From Heterodontus francisci (taxonomy: Eukaryota): a DNA stretch of 64,000 bases. Shown one piece after another: positions 36,288 to 50,702 of this stretch (positions are counted from its first letter, which is position 1; the number at the start of each line of letters is the position of its first letter). The notes beneath the pieces were generated by a model. The model saw only the letters and a list, made by a program, of their open reading frames with translations. It had not been told where the DNA came from and did no database searches. The stretch lies in contig NC_090378.1 in assembly GCF_036365525.1 (NCBI RefSeq), forward strand, positions 82,514,357 through 82,578,356, written 5' to 3'. Made by a program: the position numbers and the translations under genes.

Positions 36288-37518
36288 GTACTGAGTGTGG
36301 TAGGAGTATTCTAATTTTCCAACATGATTTTGACAAATATGAGCTGGATTTAAAAACTGCAATTTGCAGACTTGGATCTTTTAATGGTTGAGTTCTGAGA
36401 ACTGATTCCAATCCTCTCCTGATTAATAGGTTGAAAAACTTATTTTACTGCTGCCTGTGAAGGTCCCATGTTTAATGAAGTCTTCCCGACTGTTGGTTCA
36501 CAGCATAAAACTACTGCCAAATTAGCACTAATTTGACAATCTCAGCAAAGCTTTCTGGGTTTTCTTCTGAGGTTGATGTTGAGGCAGATTGTTTGGGCAG
36601 AGTAGAGAGAATTTTACCCAGCGTCTGGCGATTACTGAACCTGATCATGGAGCACTTCATGCTGATGCCAAGCGCCTGAAGTAGAAAATTCTTCATTCTC
36701 CAGTGACATTATCATTCTAATTATTGGCAATGTTTCAATGTCTCCATCATTAATGCTAGGGGTCTTTGCTTTGAATTGCTCCATTGCCATTTGAACTTGT
36801 TTTAATTGGATGAGTTTCAGGCATTTGCAGGATGAAACTCAGATCAGGATGGAGAGGGAGGGAAGTTGAGACAATTTTGCTCCAGAGTTGCATTTCCTTT
36901 CAACCTATTATAGAGTCTGGGATATTGTGCATGAACATTGTGATAAAACAATGCCCAGAAACTGTATATCAAAGAAAATATATTTGTGTTTGTGTTTTCG
37001 CCTCCAGAATAAAACTTAAGTTCCTTATCCAGTGTTGCTTCACTACATTTCAAGGCAAAACTCTTCTTCCTGTAAAGAATAAAATAGTGCAGTGGTAATG
37101 TTACTGGCTGTGCAACTCAGAGTTCATGAGTTAAGATCCCACCATGTTAAATTGTGAAGTAGAATTCAGTAAACCTAGTAATTTGTGGACTGGCACCAGA
37201 AAGATGACCATGCAAGTTGCTGGATTGTTGTAAAATCGCATCTAGTTCATTAATGTCCTTTAGGGAAGGAAATGTGCCATCCCCACTCAGTCTGGCCTAT
37301 ATTTGATTCCGTCTCACATTAATGACTGATTGTTCATACTCTCTGACGAAGTGACCCAGCAAGCCACTCAGTTGTGGGGGAAAAAAACACTTTTTTGTAT
37401 TTTTTCAAATCTGTGGTGATATTTCTGTTTCTCCAGAAAATAATTGGCAAACTTTTTCAACAATTAATGTTTCTTTTGCAAACCTGTGGAATTTTAAAGA
37501 TTTTTTTTTGCACTTCAG

Positions 37519-37591
37519 GTGGTTTATCAGTGGGAACGTGTGTCTGTTAGACGACATGAAAATGTCAGCAGAACAGTGGCACAGCGGTTCT
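37519..37591 (+). CDS. LRRC42: LRRC42 coding exon 6
   Basis: cttcag|GTG..T|gtaagt; VVYQWERVSVRRHENVSRTVAQRF. Confidence 0.9.
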
Positions 37592-38284
37592 GTAAGTAAC
37601 TTGGAGGAAGTGTGTGACAGAACTGCTGTCTTGATCTATGGCAAGCTTTGTAAAACCAGCATAGCCCTGATGTTAAACTAGATCCTGTTAAATTGGAACC
37701 TGTTTAAATGACACTGATATACAACAGTATACATTGTAAGATCTCTGCTTCCATATTACAGTTGGGACATTAAATTTTTTAGGAACAAGTTAGGGCCAAA
37801 AAGCTTAACCCTCTTTGATAGATCAACTCCACTTATGCATATTCTCACCATATATCTCAATCATTTCTCTCTTCAGAAAAGCATCTAATTGTTTACACAA
37901 TTCATTTACACAGTCTGTCTCAATGATCTTCACAACTCTGTGTAATTTTTTAAAATAAAATTCTGCCTTAGTTCCCCCCCCCCCCCACTTCTTCCAAATG
38001 TCCTATGTTCATTGGTAAGAGAAAGACTTTCCATTTGTACAGCGCCTTACCACATCCTCGGGACTTTACAATCATTGGCTTACTTTAAGTATAGTCACTA
38101 GTTTTGTAGGAAAACACAGCACTTAATTGAACACAGCAAAGTCCCTCAGTTGCAGCTTTTGGTAATGTTGGTTGAGGGACACTGGGAGAGTTCCCTGTTC
38201 TTCAAATAATGTCATGAGATTCATTACACCCCATGAACAAGCAGACGGAGCCTCGGTTTAACATCTCAACTAAAGTACAATATT

Positions 38285-39310
38285 TGGTATTTGAGTCCTT
38301 CACCATAATTAACAATCCAGTTGAGTCATTGTTGTCAGTTGCCTTCATAATCATGAAACTTCAGTCAAGATCTTTTTTCCAGAGCAAATAATGCTAACTT
38401 CCTTAATTTTTCCCATATCTTAAATTCCTAATACCTTCATTGTTCATCTTTGTATCCTCTTATGGATGATTTTCTTTCTGATTAGTGAACAGAACAACAT
38501 ACAGCTCAGGATGGGATTGTCCATTGATTTTGACAGCAAGAATATACCTCACCTGGTTTATACCCTGCAATCCAGTATCTGATTGCTCTGCTTCAGTTAA
38601 GCTAATGGTTTCATAGATTTATCTGTTAGAAACACAGATTCCTTTCCTGATCAGCAAGATGTACAGTGTCCCATTTAACAAATATACTCTCCTTTGCTAC
38701 TTTGCTCCTATGCTAATTATTTTATACTTATCCACATGAATTGCATCTGCTACCAGTTAGCCCAATTACCTGAAATATATAAATGTTTCTGGATTTGGTT
38801 GCATTTTTTTCCTCATTAATTGCTTTACCTCCTACTTTACTACCATTTTCAAACTGGGAGATTTTGCTGACAATGATTTCCTTATCTAAGTCACTGCCTT
38901 ATGTTATAAATAGCAAGATCCCAAGTCTGACCCTCGGGAAACACCACTCATAGCTTGTTTCCACATAAAATGCTGCAACTTATTTTTTATGTTTCTATGC
39001 TAGCTTTATCCTACATCATACTTTATCCCCTATTCAGTAACTCTATACTTTAGGCATTAATTGCAATATGGAACTTTCCCATATTTGGACTCAAAAATTT
39101 TAATATTACATTACTGACAATGGAATTGTATTGTTTGAAAATCTCCAGGTCAGCTAAATGTGACCTCCATTTTCCAAATCCATGTTGATTGCCTTTTAGC
39201 ATGTTTTCCTTTTCCAAAATGTTCATCCACCATATCATTTCTAAGAGTTTCCTTTTAATTGATAAACTTACTGGTCTGTAGTTTCCATGTTTCAGTTGAT
39301 GCATTAGCAC
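38285..39310 (-). mobile_element. Highly decayed CR1 LINE fragment
   Basis: GNYRPVSL..NQHGF peptide (39050-39310) and traces of the GVPQGS region near 38920-38945. Confidence 0.6.
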
Positions 39311-39941
39311 AAATTGGTACAGAGCTTCGCATGATGGTAATGAAGATCAATGTGCCCCATAAAATTTTCTATCAGTTTTCATGGATGGAAAGTTACGAGA
39401 AGCACGCTAGCCTCTATGACTGAATTCATGACTTACACAAAGCTCTGTGCTGGGAGTCATTAATTTATTAAACATCATTTTGTGTCTCATATCTATATAT
39501 GTTATATTCAGCACATCTATCAACTCCAGACAAGTGTGCTTTTTTGTTTGCCCATTTTCTCCCCAGAAGATATGGGTTCTTGTTGGGAAATGCTTTCACA
39601 GGTACTTTCTGCCCTCCAGAAATTCTCCCAATATCCATTCTTCACATGTAAACCTAGGCAATGAGGTCATTGGACTGTGAGTGGGCACTCCATCCAGATA
39701 CACCTTGTGTCCAATTATCATCTTTGCATGGCAATTGGGTGTGGAAATCCTGGCTGAGCTGTGTTTTTTCCCTCTCCTCTGCCATTGGCATGGCATTTAC
39801 TTGGCAAGGGATTGTTCGACAAATCCATGTCCAGCTCCTATTGCAGAACCATACCGTCCATTTAATTTGTGAAATAACTTGCAATTCTCATTATGCTTTA
39901 TAATATTTACATAAATATAATCAAATTCACTTATTTCCTAG

Positions 39942-40195
39942 ATGGGACAAACAAATTGATCACTGGAGCTGCTGATGGATTCACAAATGCTGTGCAAATC
40001 AAGGACCCAAACAGGATGCAGTTTTACAGAAAAGGTGGTCAGGATCTCTGTGTACAGTCCCCTATGACCTCTACGTTTGGGGCCAGTAAGAGAGGTGGTG
40101 ACCGAGCTGAAGTGACTGGTTGTACCACGCCTCTTATGAAACGTAAGCGTGCTGACCTGACCTTGGATGACTGGGACGTGTTGAACTGTTACTGA
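39942..40195 (+). CDS. LRRC42: LRRC42 terminal exon
   Basis: tcctag|AT..; (Y)GTNKL..MQFYRK..LTLDDWDVLNCY*; joined CDS is 1248 nt = 415 aa + stop. Confidence 0.92.
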
Positions 40196-40287
40196 GGAGG
40201 AACCTGTTATTCCACACACAAGCTGTGTAAAAAGGATTTATGATGATTCCCTGGTTAATGGGACCTGTGTGGCTGAATCATACCATA

Positions 40288-40293
40288 AATAAA
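40288..40293 (+). terminator. LRRC42 polyadenylation signal (second candidate at 40551-40556)
   Basis: AATAAA ~90 nt after the stop codon. Confidence 0.55.
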
Positions 40294-40635
40294 GATTTCA
40301 AAATTCAATCTTTGCCTGAAAGTGAAAGATGAAAGTATTGTTGGTCAGTTTACAATGTTTCTGATGATACATATTTCTCACCTTAGGTTTTGGAGTTAAA
40401 TTGCTTTTTGAGTTGTATGATAAACTGAAATCAAGTATTAAATCTTTTTAGATTGTACAAGATAGATCTTCTGACAATCCCTGAACTGTCAATTTTTATT
40501 TATTCTGATTATAGTTACTTCTCTTTTTCTCTTTATTCTGACTTGGTATGAATAAAAATGACTCACTGAGAAGAGTCCATCAGCAGCCCATGGATGACAT
40601 GCCCTTTGTTTTTCACCTCTCCTGTGGACAGATTA

Positions 40636-42060
40636 GAACTAGGAGCAGGAGTAGGCAATTCAGCCCCTCGAACCTGCTCTGCCATTCAATACGATCATGG
40701 CTGATCTCAACTCCACTTTCCTGCCGGTTCTCCATAACCCTTCAACCCATTACTAATTAAAAATCTGTCTATCTCCTCAAATTTACTCAATGTCCTGGCA
40801 TCCACCACACTATGGGGTAGTGAATTCCACAGACACACGACCCTTTGAGAGAAGTAATTTCTCCTCATCTCTGTTTTAAATCTGCTACCCCTTATCCTAA
40901 AATTATGACCTCTCGTTCTAAATTGCCCTACAAATTGCCCTCTCTACGACTATTTTGTCAATCCCCTTAATCATCTTATATACCTCAATTAGATCTCCTG
41001 TCACTTTTCTAAACTGGAGAGAGTAAAGGCCTAAACTGCTCAATCTGTCTTCATAAAACAAACCCCTCATCTCTGGAATCAATCTAGTGAACCTCCTCGG
41101 AACTGCTTCCAATGCAACCACATCCCTCCTCGAGTAAGGGGACCAAAACTATACACAATACTCCAGGTGTGGTCTCACAAATGCCTTGTGCAGTTGCAGC
41201 AACACTTCCCTACTTTTATACTCTATTCCTTTAGCAATAAATGCCAAAATTACATTTGCCTTCCTTGGTACCTGCTGTATCTGCATACTAGTTTTCTGCG
41301 ATTCATGCACGAGGACACCCAGATCCCTCTGCACCGAAGCACTCTGAAATTTCTCCCCATTTAGAAAATAATTTGCCTTTCTATTCTTCCGACCAAAATG
41401 GATAACCTCACACTTAGCCGCGTTAAACTCCATCTGTCAAATTTTGGCCCATTCACCTAACCTATCCATAATCCATTTGTAAATTTCTTATTTATTGCAA
41501 CTATCCCACCTATTTTAGTGGCATCAGCAAATTTGGCTATGAATCCACTATCTCCTCTGCCACTTACTTTAAGACCCTAGGATGTAGGCTATCAGGCCCT
41601 GGGGCCTTCAATCTCAATAGTTTGCTCAGTACTTTTTCCCTAATGATGATGATTGTTCTAAGTTCCTCCCTTTCTATAACCTCTGCATTACCTCTTACTA
41701 TTGGGATGGTACTAGTGTCCTCCGCCGTGAAAACTGAGGCAAAATACTGATTTAGTGTCTCTGCCATTTCTGTGTTCCCCTCTATTAACTCCCCAGTCTC
41801 ATCCTCCAAGGGACAAACATTCACTTTAGCTACTCTGTTCCCTTTTATATACTTATAGAAGGTTTTACCATCCGTTTTTATATTTTTTGCACTAATTTTC
41901 TTTCATAATTTACCTTTGCTGTTTTTATTACTTTTTTAGTAACCCTTTGTTGATTTTTAAAAGTTTCCCAATCTTTCACCCTGCCACTGGCCTTTGCAAT
42001 ATGGTATGCCTTAGTTTTTGTCTTTATGTTATCCTTAACTTCCTTGCTTAGCCATGGATG
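40636..42060 (-). mobile_element. CR1 LINE fragment with internal deletion
   Basis: Peptides MAETLNQYFASVFT..KAPGPDSLHPRVLK; MEFNAAKCEVIHFG..QRDLGV..RPHLEYCV; RRFTRLIP. Confidence 0.85.
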
Positions 42061-44444
42061 TTGGACTGATGGGATAAAAGCTCCTTCTCTTTGTCAGTTG
42101 TGTATATCCATGAAATTTCATCAGGTAGTTTTGAAATTGACAATAGTTTAATCTCAGCCAGAGAGGCCATTGGAAAGTTAATGTGCGAAATAGAAAGTGC
42201 TGGTACAAATTCACCTTCGGACAGGGGAAATTTGAAAAAGGTATTCAAAATCATGAAGGGTTGTGAGAAAGTAAATAAGAAATTGTTTCTAGGAGCATAA
42301 GGGTCAGTAACCAGAGGACTATGGATTTAAGGTAATTGGCAAAAGAACCAAAGCGGACATCAGGAAACTTATGCAGCTCTACCAAAGAGACAGCACAGGC
42401 ACAATGGGCCGAATGGCTGTTAAATTCTTTTATCTATGAAATCATAGGCATTGTACTGAAGTTAGGGCTATGGAACTTTGTGGGGGCAGAGTAAAAGAAG
42501 CAAAGGTGTGTTGAGGCTAATATCTCACTGTTGTCCCAGTTAAGATTAGTATAGGCTGAACATTGAACAGAGAGATTGAAGGGAGATCGAGATTGGTGTC
42601 TGGGCCTGAACCCAAACATAGGGGAAATTTTTTTAATCTGAATTTTTTAAACTACTTTCTGATCATGGACTGCTGGGACGACAATCTTCCATTTTGTGCT
42701 AACTTTGACCAGATCCATGGCGAACATGATTCTTGGTGTAACTGCCAGGATTTCACACATGTGGATGTTAGGGGCCTGAAATTTCCTGGTCTGTATGGAG
42801 GGGTGGGTGGTGGTGATGACCACTTGTTTTTTTTTATCAGTTTTCATTCTGTATTGATAGAATTCTTCATATTTTTGAGTAATTCCACCTAATGTCTGGA
42901 ACCAGAACTAATCTGAGGTATAACAGTTAACAGCACAAGAAAGTAGTTGTCAGTGAAATGGGAATGAGCTCTCTGGCCTCATCATTGCTAGTCTGATGGG
43001 TGACTCACACAAACTTGAATACAAGGGGTAAGTGATGGGAGGGCATGTTCTCTCCCAGCTGAGAGACAAGACAAGTAACCTGCTTCCACACCTCTGTCAG
43101 TACCACTCTGGCACTAGCCTTTTCAGAATTGCCATTGCTGTAATTCTGCCTGTGAGGGGAATGTTTAAACATGCTAGTAGCACAACCTTAATGCACAGTC
43201 AAGGTGAGAAATCCCAAGTACATTACATTCTGCAGCTCCATGGAACAATATGTCTAGCTACCAATGCACAGCATATTTTTGAATATAGTATCAAGATTGT
43301 TTTTGCCATTCCTGAATCATGCAGCGGGCTTACCTGCCTTTGACTCATATTGAGAGGATCTGAAGAGGACCTGTAGATTTAACATTTTTGATGATACTGG
43401 CTGACCTTGTGACACTGTTCATGGTAAGTTAAATAATGCACTGTTTTATAAGGCCAAGAATTTTACATTGTGCAATGCATAATATAATAATATTACTCCT
43501 GCTAAAGGAGCTGTGTCGAACATGTTCTATCCTTTTACGGTCACTAAATGTAATTACTCGAGATATTTGAAGTCAATTTTAAAAAAAAATCTTTTTCAAC
43601 AATGACTAATCCTACTTTGGTCTTCCATATCCTCAAGCTCTTTATCTGCATTTGGACACCTCATCCTTTACCCCTTCCTGTCCTTCAAAATCTTCCCTAC
43701 TTTTAGACTGATTAAGCTCCAGGATATTTTCCTCATTGAATTCTTCTTCCAACTGTTTGCCCTCAATCTTTGCACCAAGCACTAATAAACTTTCAACCTA
43801 TAATTTAACTTGCCTTTCCACAGCTCCACCAATTTAGATGCCTACCTCTTTTCCCTCAAGGCAGGTTTTCACATTAGCTCCAACAACCACACATATGGCC
43901 ATGTGGCAGTGCGATTATATTCACGCCTTCAGAAAGCTTCATTAAATGCTGCTCAATCTTTCACTTGCACATTAATATTTCCCACCAAAAGATTCATTAA
44001 ATGAAATACCTTATTTCAAGTAAACTTGATATAATACAACAAAAACCAGTGGACATGTAATTGTGGAATAGCTGAGACTTAGCAACAGTCATCAAAGAGA
44101 AAACATTGGCATAAACCAATTGAGTTTGATCAACTGGTTACTATTACTTTAAAATGTTATCAGCAGTACAAAAACTCTAATATACAATACTATTGAAAAA
44201 TCTTATCACACATTTGGAAGTCACCGTGATGTTGGCTTTTAAGTCTTGAGTCCATGACAGCTTAAAATTGGGCGCAGTGAGATGTTGCATTTTCCAAAAC
44301 CATCTGCAGAACAAAGAGGCATTTCTTGGGTAAAAGAACTGTGAAACAGGAAAGTCTGTTGTCCGAGATTAGTAATATGGGGTCATTGTTACATGGCTGT
44401 CGTTTTCCTTTGTGTGATGTCGTTACTGCCAGCTTCTTCTGGCG

Positions 44445-44593
44445 TCAGTTTGCAGAACAGATGTACTCGTCTGACCAATCCACACAGTGCTGTACACCAT
44501 CCCTGCACAGTTGTCTGGGAATGCAGTTACAATACTGGAAAACAACAGCCTCACAGCTCCAGTACTGTGGCCCACATGGAGGACAGTCAGACA
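44445..44593 (-). CDS. LDLRAD1: LDLRAD1 exon 6 (terminal)
   Basis: ttttcag|TG..; SDCPPCGPQYWSCEAVVFQYCNCIPRQLCRDGVQHCVDWSDEYICSAN*. Confidence 0.94.
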
Positions 44594-46284
44594 CTGAAAA
44601 CAAGATTATAAAGATCAAACAATAGTAACAATTGTTTGACACTGCCATTTTTTAAAATTAGTACGTATTACGGACATAGAAATATAGAAACTTTACAGCA
44701 CAGAAAGAGGCCAGGGGACATTAGGGCTAGAAACAGAATACTGTCGGTATCAAATATTTCTGGTCAGGTATAGCATGGTTCGATACACAGTAAAGCTTCC
44801 TCTGCTCTACTCTAAAATAGAAGTCAGTCACAACCTCAAGAGTGCCCTTTGCACCAGGCTCCCACTTCTGTTTCCCATGCAGCCTCACGTGGTCTGATGA
44901 CCTCTCTGGTGAGTAAGATTGCTTTTGCCCGCTTTTATTTTTCCCCTAAGTATCGTTTCTTTTCTGTAACCACCATCATATCCTAAGTTGTTATTCTGAC
45001 TTCTGTTCCACAATTATCACAAATAGTTTATCTTAGTTACTTGTACATTTCTTGGAGAAGGTTAGTCACATTCTTTATCCCATATCCATAAAAAGGTAAG
45101 CTATCAAACAAGAAATGTGCTTTCAGCCATCTATGGTGTTTGTAAAATGTATTCAAACAAACATTTGGCTGTAAATTATTTACAAATTACTTTGTGCCCC
45201 TTCCCTAATAAACTGTAAATCATATCCCTCTGGGTTTGCTTGGGTGAGAGTATCCAAATAAGCTGAGCTGAGCTTAGCAAACAGTTGCAGATGCTTAAAG
45301 AAGTAGAATTGGAGGGTGAGTCTTGCTCATCTTTAGCAAAATAGTAAAATAGTGGCAGTCAGAAAATGCCTATCTTCTTGGCAGACCTCAAGGCCTGAGG
45401 AGAACTTAAGCAGGAAAGAAAAGTTGCTCTGATTACTAAAGGTTGTTTTCCTCAGTGCTAACTTCCTAGGAATTACAGTTGTATAATGTGATCTTTTCAT
45501 TCTTTATTGTAAACATGTTCACTAATGCATTTCTAACCTTTTGTGTTTGTAAAATTCATTAAATTGTTATAACAAGTTACAAACAGAATGCCATAGTTCA
45601 TCTAAAATGCTTGAAGTGATAGAGAAGATGGTGAGAATATGTAAGGAAAAGCAAAGGAAGAATCGAAGTAGGAGAACATTTAAAAATAAGAAAAAATTGT
45701 GTTTCTCTAATGCTTTTGACAACCACCAGAGGTCTCAAAGTGCTTTATAGCCAATTAAGTACTTTTGAAGTGTAGTCACTGTTGTAGGAAATGCAGCAGC
45801 CAATTTTCACACAGCAAGCTCCCAGAACAGCAATGTGATGACCAGATAATCTGTTTCTGTGATGTTGATTGAGGGATAAATATTGGCCAGGACACGGTGG
45901 CTAACTCCTCTGCTCTTCTTCGAAATCTTTTACACCACCTCAGAGGGCAGAAGGGGCCTCGGTTTAACATCTCATCTGAAAGATGGCACCTCCTTCAGTA
46001 CTGTAATGGAGTGTCAGCCTTTATCAGAGATGCTGATGAATTGTGAAGCAGTCAGTGGCACTAATAAAAGGGGTGCAGGGCATAAAACAATGTTTGTAAG
46101 CAATCTCAGCAATGGCACCTGAGGCTTGTATACCTCTGCATCTGGGGTAAATACAGTTATTCAACTAATGCCGATAAAAAGTCACTGGTAAGTTAATCAT
46201 AGTGTCTAAATAAGGTAACAATGCTGCCTTCAGCAGCTTGAGACCCACTAAAACAACTGGCAGCTCCAGATGTACCCTGTTCAG

Positions 46285-46780
46285 TACCATTCACGACTGC
46301 TCAGATACTGAAGCAGCTCTTGTTCATGTGCAGCAAGACCTGGACAAAATCTAGGCTTGGGCTGACAGGTAATATGTTACATTTGTGCCACACAAGTGCC
46401 AGGCAATGACCATCTCCAACAAGAGAGAATACAAGCATCTCCCCTTGACATTCAACAGCATTACCATCGCTGAATCCCCCACCATCAACATCCTGGGGGT
46501 TATCATTGACCAGAAACTTAAATGGACCAGCCATATAAATACTGTGGCTGCAAGAGCAGGTCAGAGGCTGGGAATTCTACAGTGAGTAACTCACCTCCTG
46601 ATTCCCCAGTGCCTGTCCACCAGTACAAGGCACAAGTCAGGAGTGTGATGGAATACTCTCCACTTGCCTGGATGAGTGCAACTCCAGCAACACTCGAGAA
46701 GCTCGACACTATCTAGGACAAAGCATAAACCCTAAACATTCATTCCCTCTATCACCGGCGCATAGTGGCAGCAGTGTGTA
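46285..46780 (+). mobile_element. CR1-clade LINE fragment (same family as 27050)
   Basis: PHKCQAMTISNKRE..NILGVIIDQKLKWTSHI; VRSVMEYSPLAW. Confidence 0.85.
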
Positions 46781-46816
46781 CCTTTTTAAAAAGGCCTGGT
46801 ATGGATTCATACTCAC

Positions 46817-46945
46817 AGGGGCCAGATTCATCCGAGCAGTCTCCACAATTGTTGAACCCGTTACACACTTGATCAATGTAAACCCACGAACTAGGATCGC
46901 CACATCTAAACACAAGATAGCTCGGCAGATTGTGCGGCAAATCAC
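46817..46945 (-). CDS. LDLRAD1: LDLRAD1 exon 5
   Basis: tgccag|GT..T|gtgagt; DLPHNLPSYLVFRCGDPSSWVYIDQVCNGFNNCGDCSDESGP. Confidence 0.94.
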
Positions 46946-47030
46946 CTGGCAGGATAGAGCAAAGCATCAGCTAAAGCCTCTTAAAGAGAAATGTAAATAC
47001 AAAGAGAAAACTACGTTAAAGATTACCTAC

Positions 47031-47168
47031 TGCACATTGCAAGATCCTCACTCGCACCATCTAAACAGTCCTTGATCCTGTTACAAACTTGAGAAGATTG
47101 CAAACAGGTGACACTGTTGTCACACAGGAATCCTGAATCATTGTTTGCTGTTATGCAAAATCTGCTCT
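47031..47168 (-). CDS. LDLRAD1: LDLRAD1 exon 4 (LDL-A repeat)
   Basis: tttcag|AG..A|gtaggt; SRFCITANNDSGFLCDNSVTCLQSSQVCNRIKDCLDGASEDLAMC. Confidence 0.92.
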
Positions 47169-47525
47169 CTGAAAAATAAATATTTTGAGTTTGAACAGGG
47201 TTTTCTCTTTCAACCTCTTTTCCTGCACTCTAAACACGCGCAATCTCCTTTTGTATTTAATAATTTGCATCAAAAAAAGTACCAAAAACTGTCTAGCAAA
47301 ACAAAGGCTAACTGTGGAACTAAGTTACACAAACAAAAAAATTATCCCTAGTTTAATGTCCATCTACGCTAACTTCGCTGATGTCAGACAAAGCTATAAT
47401 TGATCTCAGCAGGACTAGATAGGAAGAGGGGAAAAATTAGGTGCTTCTTGGTTCTGGTCACTCCCCTTTCACTGCTGCTGGAGGTGCATGTGGAAGTTGG
47501 GTGAAGGTGGGATTGGACTAGTTTG

Positions 47526-50515
47526 GAGTGGGCTTCGCCATCAGAAACTCCTTGCTCAGCATGATAGAGCCTCCCTCAAATGGCTCGGAACGCATACTGT
47601 CCATCCGACTGCTCACCACCTCTGGTCCAGTACACCTACTCAGCATCTATGCTCCAACACTCTGTTCCGCACCTGAAGCTAAAGACCAGTTCTATGAACA
47701 ACTACATAACATCATTAGCAGCATCCCCAACACCGAACACCTATTCCTGCTGGGGGACTTTAATGCCAGGGTTGGGGCCGACCATGACTCATGGCCCTCC
47801 TGCCTTGGGCGCTATGGCGTTGGAAGGATGAATGAGAACGGGCAGAGACTGCTTGAGTTGTGTACCTATCATAACCTCTGCATCACCAACTCGTTCTTTC
47901 ACACTAAACCCTGTCACCAGGTTTCATGGAGGCACCCAAGATCACGTCGTTGGCACCAGCTAGACCTCATTGTCACAAGGCGAGCCGCCTTAAACAGTGT
48001 TCAAATCACACGCAGCTTCCACAGTGCGGACTGCGACACCGACCACTCCCTGGTGTGCAGCAAGGTTAGACTCAGACCAAAGAAGTTGCATCATTCCAAG
48101 CAGAAGGGCCACCCGCGCATCAACACGAGCAGAATTTCTCACCCACAGCTGTTACAAAAATTTCTAAATTCACTTGTAACAGCCCTTCAAAACACTCCCA
48201 CAGGGGATGCTGAGACCAAGTGGGCCCACATCAGAGACGCCATCTATGAGTCAGCTTTGACCACCTACGGCAAAAGTGCGAAGAGAAATGCAGACTGGTT
48301 TCAATCTCATAATGAAGAGCTGGAACCTGTCATAGCCGCTAAGCGCATTGCACTTTTGAACTACAAGAAAGCCCCCAGCGATTTAACATCCGCAGCACTT
48401 AAAGCAGCCAGAAGTACTGCACAAAGAACAGCTAGGCGTTGCGCAAACGACTACTGGCAACACCTATGCAGTCATATTCAGCTGGCCTCAGACACCGGAA
48501 ACATCAGAGGAATGTATGATGGCATGAAGAGAGCTCTTGGGCCAACCATCAAGAAGATCACCCCCCTCAAATCTAAATCGGGGGACATAATCACTGACCA
48601 ACGCAAACAGATGGACCGCTGGGTTGAGCACTACCTAGAACTGTACTCCAGGGAGAATGCTGTCACTGAGACTGCCCTCAATGCAGCCCAGCCTCTACCA
48701 GTCATGGATGAGCTGGACATACAGCCAACCAAATCGGAACTCAGTGATGCCATTGATTCCCTAGCCAGCGGAAAAGCCCCTGGGAAGGACAGCATTACCC
48801 CTGAAATAATCAAGAGTGCCAAGCCTGCTATACTCTCAGCACTACATGAACTGCTATGCCTGTGCTGGGACGAGGGAGCAGTACCCCAGGACATGCGCGA
48901 TGCCAACATCATCACCCTCTATAAAAACAAAGGTGACCGCGGTGACTGCAACAACTACCGTGGAATCTCCCTGCTCAGCATAGTGGGGAAAGTCTTTGCT
49001 CGAGTCGCTCTGAACAGGCTCCAGAAGCTGGCCGAGCGCGTCTACCCTGAGGCACAGTGTGGCTTTCGTGCAGAGAGATCGACTATTGACATGCTGTTCT
49101 CCCTTCGTCAGATACAGGAGAAATGCCGTGAACAACAGATGCCCCTCTACATTGCTTTCATTGATCTCACCAAAGCCTTTGACCTCGTCAGCAGACGTGG
49201 TCTCTTCAGACTACTAGAAAAGATCGGATGTCCACCAAAGCTACTAAGTATCATCACCTCATTCCATGACAATATGAAAGGCACAATTCAACATGGTGGC
49301 TCCTCATCAGAGCCCTTTCCTATCCTGAGTGGTGTGAAACAGGGCTGTGTTCTCGCACCCACACTTTTTGGGATTTTCTTCTCCCTGCTGCTTTCACATG
49401 CGTTCAAATCCTCTGAAGAAGGAATTTTCCTCCACACAAGATCAGGGGGCAGGTTGTTCAACCTTGCCCGTCTAAGAGCGAAGTCCAAAGTACGGAAAGT
49501 CCTCATCAGAGAACTCCTCTTTGCTGACGATGCTGCTTTAACATCTCACACTGAAGAATGCCTGCAGAGTCTCATCGACAGGTTTGCGTCTGCCTGCAAT
49601 GAATTTGGCCTAACCATCAGCCTCAAGAAAACGAACATCATGGGGCAGGATGTCAGAAATGCTCCATCCATCAATATTGGCGACCACGCTCTGGAAGTGG
49701 TTCAAGAGTTCACCTACCTAGGCTCAACTATCACCAGTAACCTGTCTCTAGATGCAGAAATCAACAAGCGCATGGGTAAGGCTTCCACTGCTATGTTCAG
49801 ACTGGCCAAGAGAGTGTGGGAAAATGGCGCACTGACACGGAACACAAAAGTCCGAGTGTATCAGGCCTGTGTCCTCAGTACCTTGCTCTACGGCAGCGAG
49901 GCCTGGACAACGTATGCCAGCCAAGAGCGACGTCTCAATTCATTCCATCTTCGCTGCCTTCGGAGAATACTTGGCATCAGGTGGCAGGACTATATCTCCA
50001 ACACAGAAGTCCTTGAAGCGGCCAACATCCCCAGCTTATACACACTACTGAGTCAGCGGCGCTTGAGATGGCTTGGCCATGTGAGCCGCATGGAAGATGG
50101 CAGGATCCCCAAAGACACATTGTACAGCGAGCTCGCCACTGGTATCAGACCCACCGGCCGTCCATGTCTCCGTTATAAAGACGTCTGCAAACGCGACATG
50201 AAATCGTGTGACATTGATCACAAGTCGTGGGAGTCAGTTGCCAGCATTCGCCAGAGCTGGCGGGCAGCCATAAAGACAGGGCTAAATTGTGGCGAGTCGA
50301 AGAGACTTAGTAGTTGGCAGGAAAAAAGACAGAGGCGCAAGGGGAGAGCCAACTGTGCAACAGCCCCAACAAACAAATTTCTCTGCAGCACCTGTGGAAG
50401 AGCCTGTCACTCCAGAATTGGCCTTTATAGCCACTCCAGGCGCTGCTTCACAAACCACTGACCACCTCCAGGCGCGTATCCATTGTCTCTCGAGATAAGG
50501 AGGCCCAAAAGAGTG
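47526..50515 (+). mobile_element. RTE-clade LINE, 5'-truncated, uninterrupted 977-codon frame (47528-50461)
   Basis: Partial AP endonuclease (IYAPT, LLGDFNARVG, DTDH), RT (NYRGISLLS, QCGFR, FIDLTKAFD, GVKQGCVLAP, LFADD), C-terminal CSTC..H....C zinc motif, short 3' UTR; GAGTG duplicated at 47526-47530 and 50511-50515. Confidence 0.93.
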
Positions 50516-50702
50516 ATGCAGCCCATGGTAGCCAGTTGCGCGACATATGGAAAGGCTGCCCTTGACTTTGAAAACGACTGCTCATTTTAGCACATTGGAA
50601 TAAAGCGAGAAGGTAAAAACAATTAGGTTGAGGGACGTGAGGGCAAAGGCTTCGTTCTGTAAGTGTGATGACTGAATGTGTGTGTTCATCGGTACTGTGA
50701 TA

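Noticed and set aside
47528-50461. Host gene or autonomous full-length LINE
   Set aside because: Starts at a GTG mid-endonuclease at the insertion junction; the N-terminus and 5' UTR are missing
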